Below, piece after piece: positions 61,398-64,000 of a stretch of DNA of 64,000 bases. Made by a program: the position numbers and the translations under genes. Numbering within the stretch: the first letter of the stretch is position 1; every line of letters begins with the position of its first letter. The stretch comes from Chrysomallon squamiferum (Eukaryota; Animalia; Mollusca): the NCBI GenBank assembly GCA_012295275.1, contig CM022670.1, positions 28,706,001 to 28,770,000 of the forward strand. Reading direction: 5' to 3'. Under the pieces are notes generated by a model that had not been told where the DNA came from, ran no database searches, and was given only the letters and a program-made list of their open reading frames with translations.

Positions 61398-62813
61398 CTC
61401 TATAGTGAATATCACACTTTTATGTATAATACTGCACATAGTCTTTTTTAAAGCAGTACAAGTATTTGTTTTAAATAAATTTATTTTTTGCAAAGTTATA
61501 CATTTCATAGACAGGATGAAATTTCTGAGATACTTTTTTTTTAATAATGTGATAAATTAGAATGTTTTTATTTTTTACATTTTCAAAACTATTATTAGCA
61601 GCAAAGGATTTTTGCATTTTACACTATATGCACCTTCTAAATTGAAAACATATAGCCTTTCAACTTGTGGAAGACTGATTGGTACGAGGATTGTCACTGA
61701 TAAATGCTGACCATGCAAGTACTGGTATGCAGCCAGCTAGCATCCTACAGATTAATGCAGTTTATTTTGTACATTAATTTACACGCACAAAAATTTCCCC
61801 CGTTTCATTTCTTATTTTTTTTATTGTGTGCATAAATAACATACATTGTACATTAAAACTATTTTCTGGCCATGATCACATTTCAAACAGTAGATATGTG
61901 TTCTCCCCCTCTGGCAACAAAAATCATCAGCAGTTAAAAAATTATGCATAGGCTATTTTTTCACAAATTTAAACAGTAATACCTATTGAGATACTTGTCA
62001 GTTGTGACTTCCTGAAAACATTAATAATAATAAAGCAGAGATTATTTAACAAATGACAGACAATTATAAATGTAGTAGTAGTTGTATTCACAAGACAAAT
62101 TTTTAATATATTTAGTCCCGAGAAACAACTGTTCTAGATAAGGTAAGTCCAGAGCAGTCCCTAAATTGAATTGCCAATTTGTTCTTAACTTCTAAATAAA
62201 TGTAAAATGTCCAAAAAGCTTTCTTTGAAGTGTACCTGAAGTTAAGTTTTTGAAAGTGTTAAGGATCTTTTTTATTTGTAAGCAAAAGATCAAACTCGCA
62301 GAAGAATTCAAGAATATATTTTGCAAGTTTTATTTTGTTATAAATGTATACAATTTATGACAAAAAATAAATTAAAAGAAAAAAAGAGAAAAAGAAACAA
62401 AATGTGCTTTTAACATGAACCATTTTGAAGATGAAATGCTAAAAAAATGTAGGACCCAAATGTGAACAACAATTCTAAACAAACAGAACTCCCAAATATG
62501 AAATGCATTTTTTTAATAAATTTTTATTATTTTTTTTTTTTTTTTTACAAAACAGAAAACACTACTTTTTAAGAATATTATTGGGATTTATTATATTTAT
62601 TAAAGGCATTGAAACACATGCAAACTACAGAATAATCTTTTTTATTACATGTGTTTCAGTGTCTTACAACTGTTAAATACAATGAGATTTGAATTAAAAG
62701 AAACAGTCAGGTGGCAGTTTTCCTTTGCAAATGAGTTGCACAAGATGTAGACAGACACAGAATCACACAATTTTTTGTTTTTTTCCCAGTGCATTACAGA
62801 ATACTAGGGGAGC

Positions 62814-63640
62814 TCAGACACCTTCTCCCTTTGAAGGTTCATCAAAATTTTCAACAAGATCTGTTTGGAAAAAGGACAAATAGAAAAATATATATATTTT
62901 TTTAGTAACAGAAATAAATATTTTAATGGAAAAAGCGTACCCATTTTGGCGAGTCTAAAAAATTAGTGCTTCCATGTTTTATTCAAAATTCATTATTTTA
63001 ATGTTAAAAAAAAACCCAACCACACTTGAATTTGTAATTAAACATTAAATGTCGCAGTACAGTAAGTTGTTTTAGAAGCAATAATAAATAAAGAAAAGTA
63101 TTTTAAAAATTAGTAATTAAATAAAATATATAAATAAATTTTGTTTAAAAGAAATTTTTTTACCTGGCACCTCATCATCATCATCAATCTCTGCAGTAGA
63201 GGTTTTATTAGTATCACCAGCACCTGAAACAATAATCAAGTTGTTATTTCATTTATTGAATTTAGATGACTAGAGGTATTTTGTATCATTATGGCTAGGT
63301 TTCTCATTCACACACACACTCTCACAAATGCACCCGCACATGCACATGAACACACATTATGTCAATTTAGTTTGCTATTGAGAAATAATAAATCATGTAA
63401 CTAGATAATTTGTGACATTTATCACATGCCTACATTGTAACTTGGGAATCTAATGATTAGTTCTGTTAAAATGTGTTAAGTGACACTAAATTTGAATAAT
63501 GGTCAACATTTGTTAAAAGACAACTGAAATATTAGACTTACTGGACATGCCGCTAGCCACTGTAGATGCTAATTTTTTGAGACTGCTTAAACTCTCAGCA
63601 CCAAGTTGATTCAAGATACCTGGTAGCAACTCTGCAATTT
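62814..63640 (-). CDS. BTF3: BTF3 / NAC beta subunit, last three coding exons (63640-63542, 63223-63164, 62860-62814); gene continues beyond the window
   Basis: IAELLPGILNQLGAESLSSLKKLA...DDDDEVPDLVENFDEPSKGEGV*, the characteristic BTF3/BTF3L4 C-terminus. Confidence 0.92.
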
Positions 63641-64000
63641 CTGTAAAAGGTAAATAATAACTATTACCTCCTTAAGCTAGAAACAGTCACTATTAAATAA
63701 GTTTAAAAAAAAAAAAAAAAAAAAAGGTTAAATAAATATTACTGTAAAAGATACATAAAAATATGTTAAATAATACAGATTTAGCTAAGAAGTACAACTC
63801 TGAAATTTAATTTTACTAATAGAAATCTAACCAGTTCTATGCTGACAATTATTTCCAGAGTTCTAAGTTTCAGAAATAACAAATTTAAAAATAAAAATTA
63901 ATAAACAGCTGAATCTTCATCATACATTTACTTGGCACTTAACCACACTTGAAGCACTCATTAGAATAGGACAGCCAAATTAACTAGAATTGACCAACCA

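Noticed and set aside
63870-63923. Box C (ATGATGA) and box D (CTGA) on the minus strand in a BTF3 intron as a snoRNA
   Set aside because: Only ~54 nt, very AT-rich interior, no terminal stem or evident guide sequence.

Overview
AT-rich, intron-rich animal genomic DNA, most likely a mollusc (inferred from SINE-like remnants, microsatellites and the Cys-rich/Sushi lectin architecture; not proven). Conserved spliced genes: 5' end of an unidentified minus-strand gene (1-~2800), TTLL7 (+, CDS 6611-26173, with a decayed Tc1 in its last intron), HSDL2 (+, 30420-35186), PIGW (-, 36790-40999, with a GC-AG intron), REX1BD/C19orf60 (+, 59712-61397) and the 3' end of BTF3 (-, 62814->63640). Between PIGW and REX1BD is an ~18.5 kb accessory island that looks richer in CpG. 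It holds (i) a MULE-like non-autonomous transposon, (ii) a decayed parvovirus/densovirus-like endogenous viral element (SF3 helicase motifs, mirror-image promoter-like motifs, back-to-back poly(A) signals), and (iii) a family of genes with uninterrupted CDSs encoding an apparently secreted signal peptide + PAN-like Cys module + Sushi/CCP + non-canonical galectin protein. Two intact copies sit divergently on the arms of a large inverted repeat with stepwise identity suggesting gene conversion, and decayed tandem paralogues lie alongside. All exon structures, alignments and identity values were read by eye, so they are estimates.
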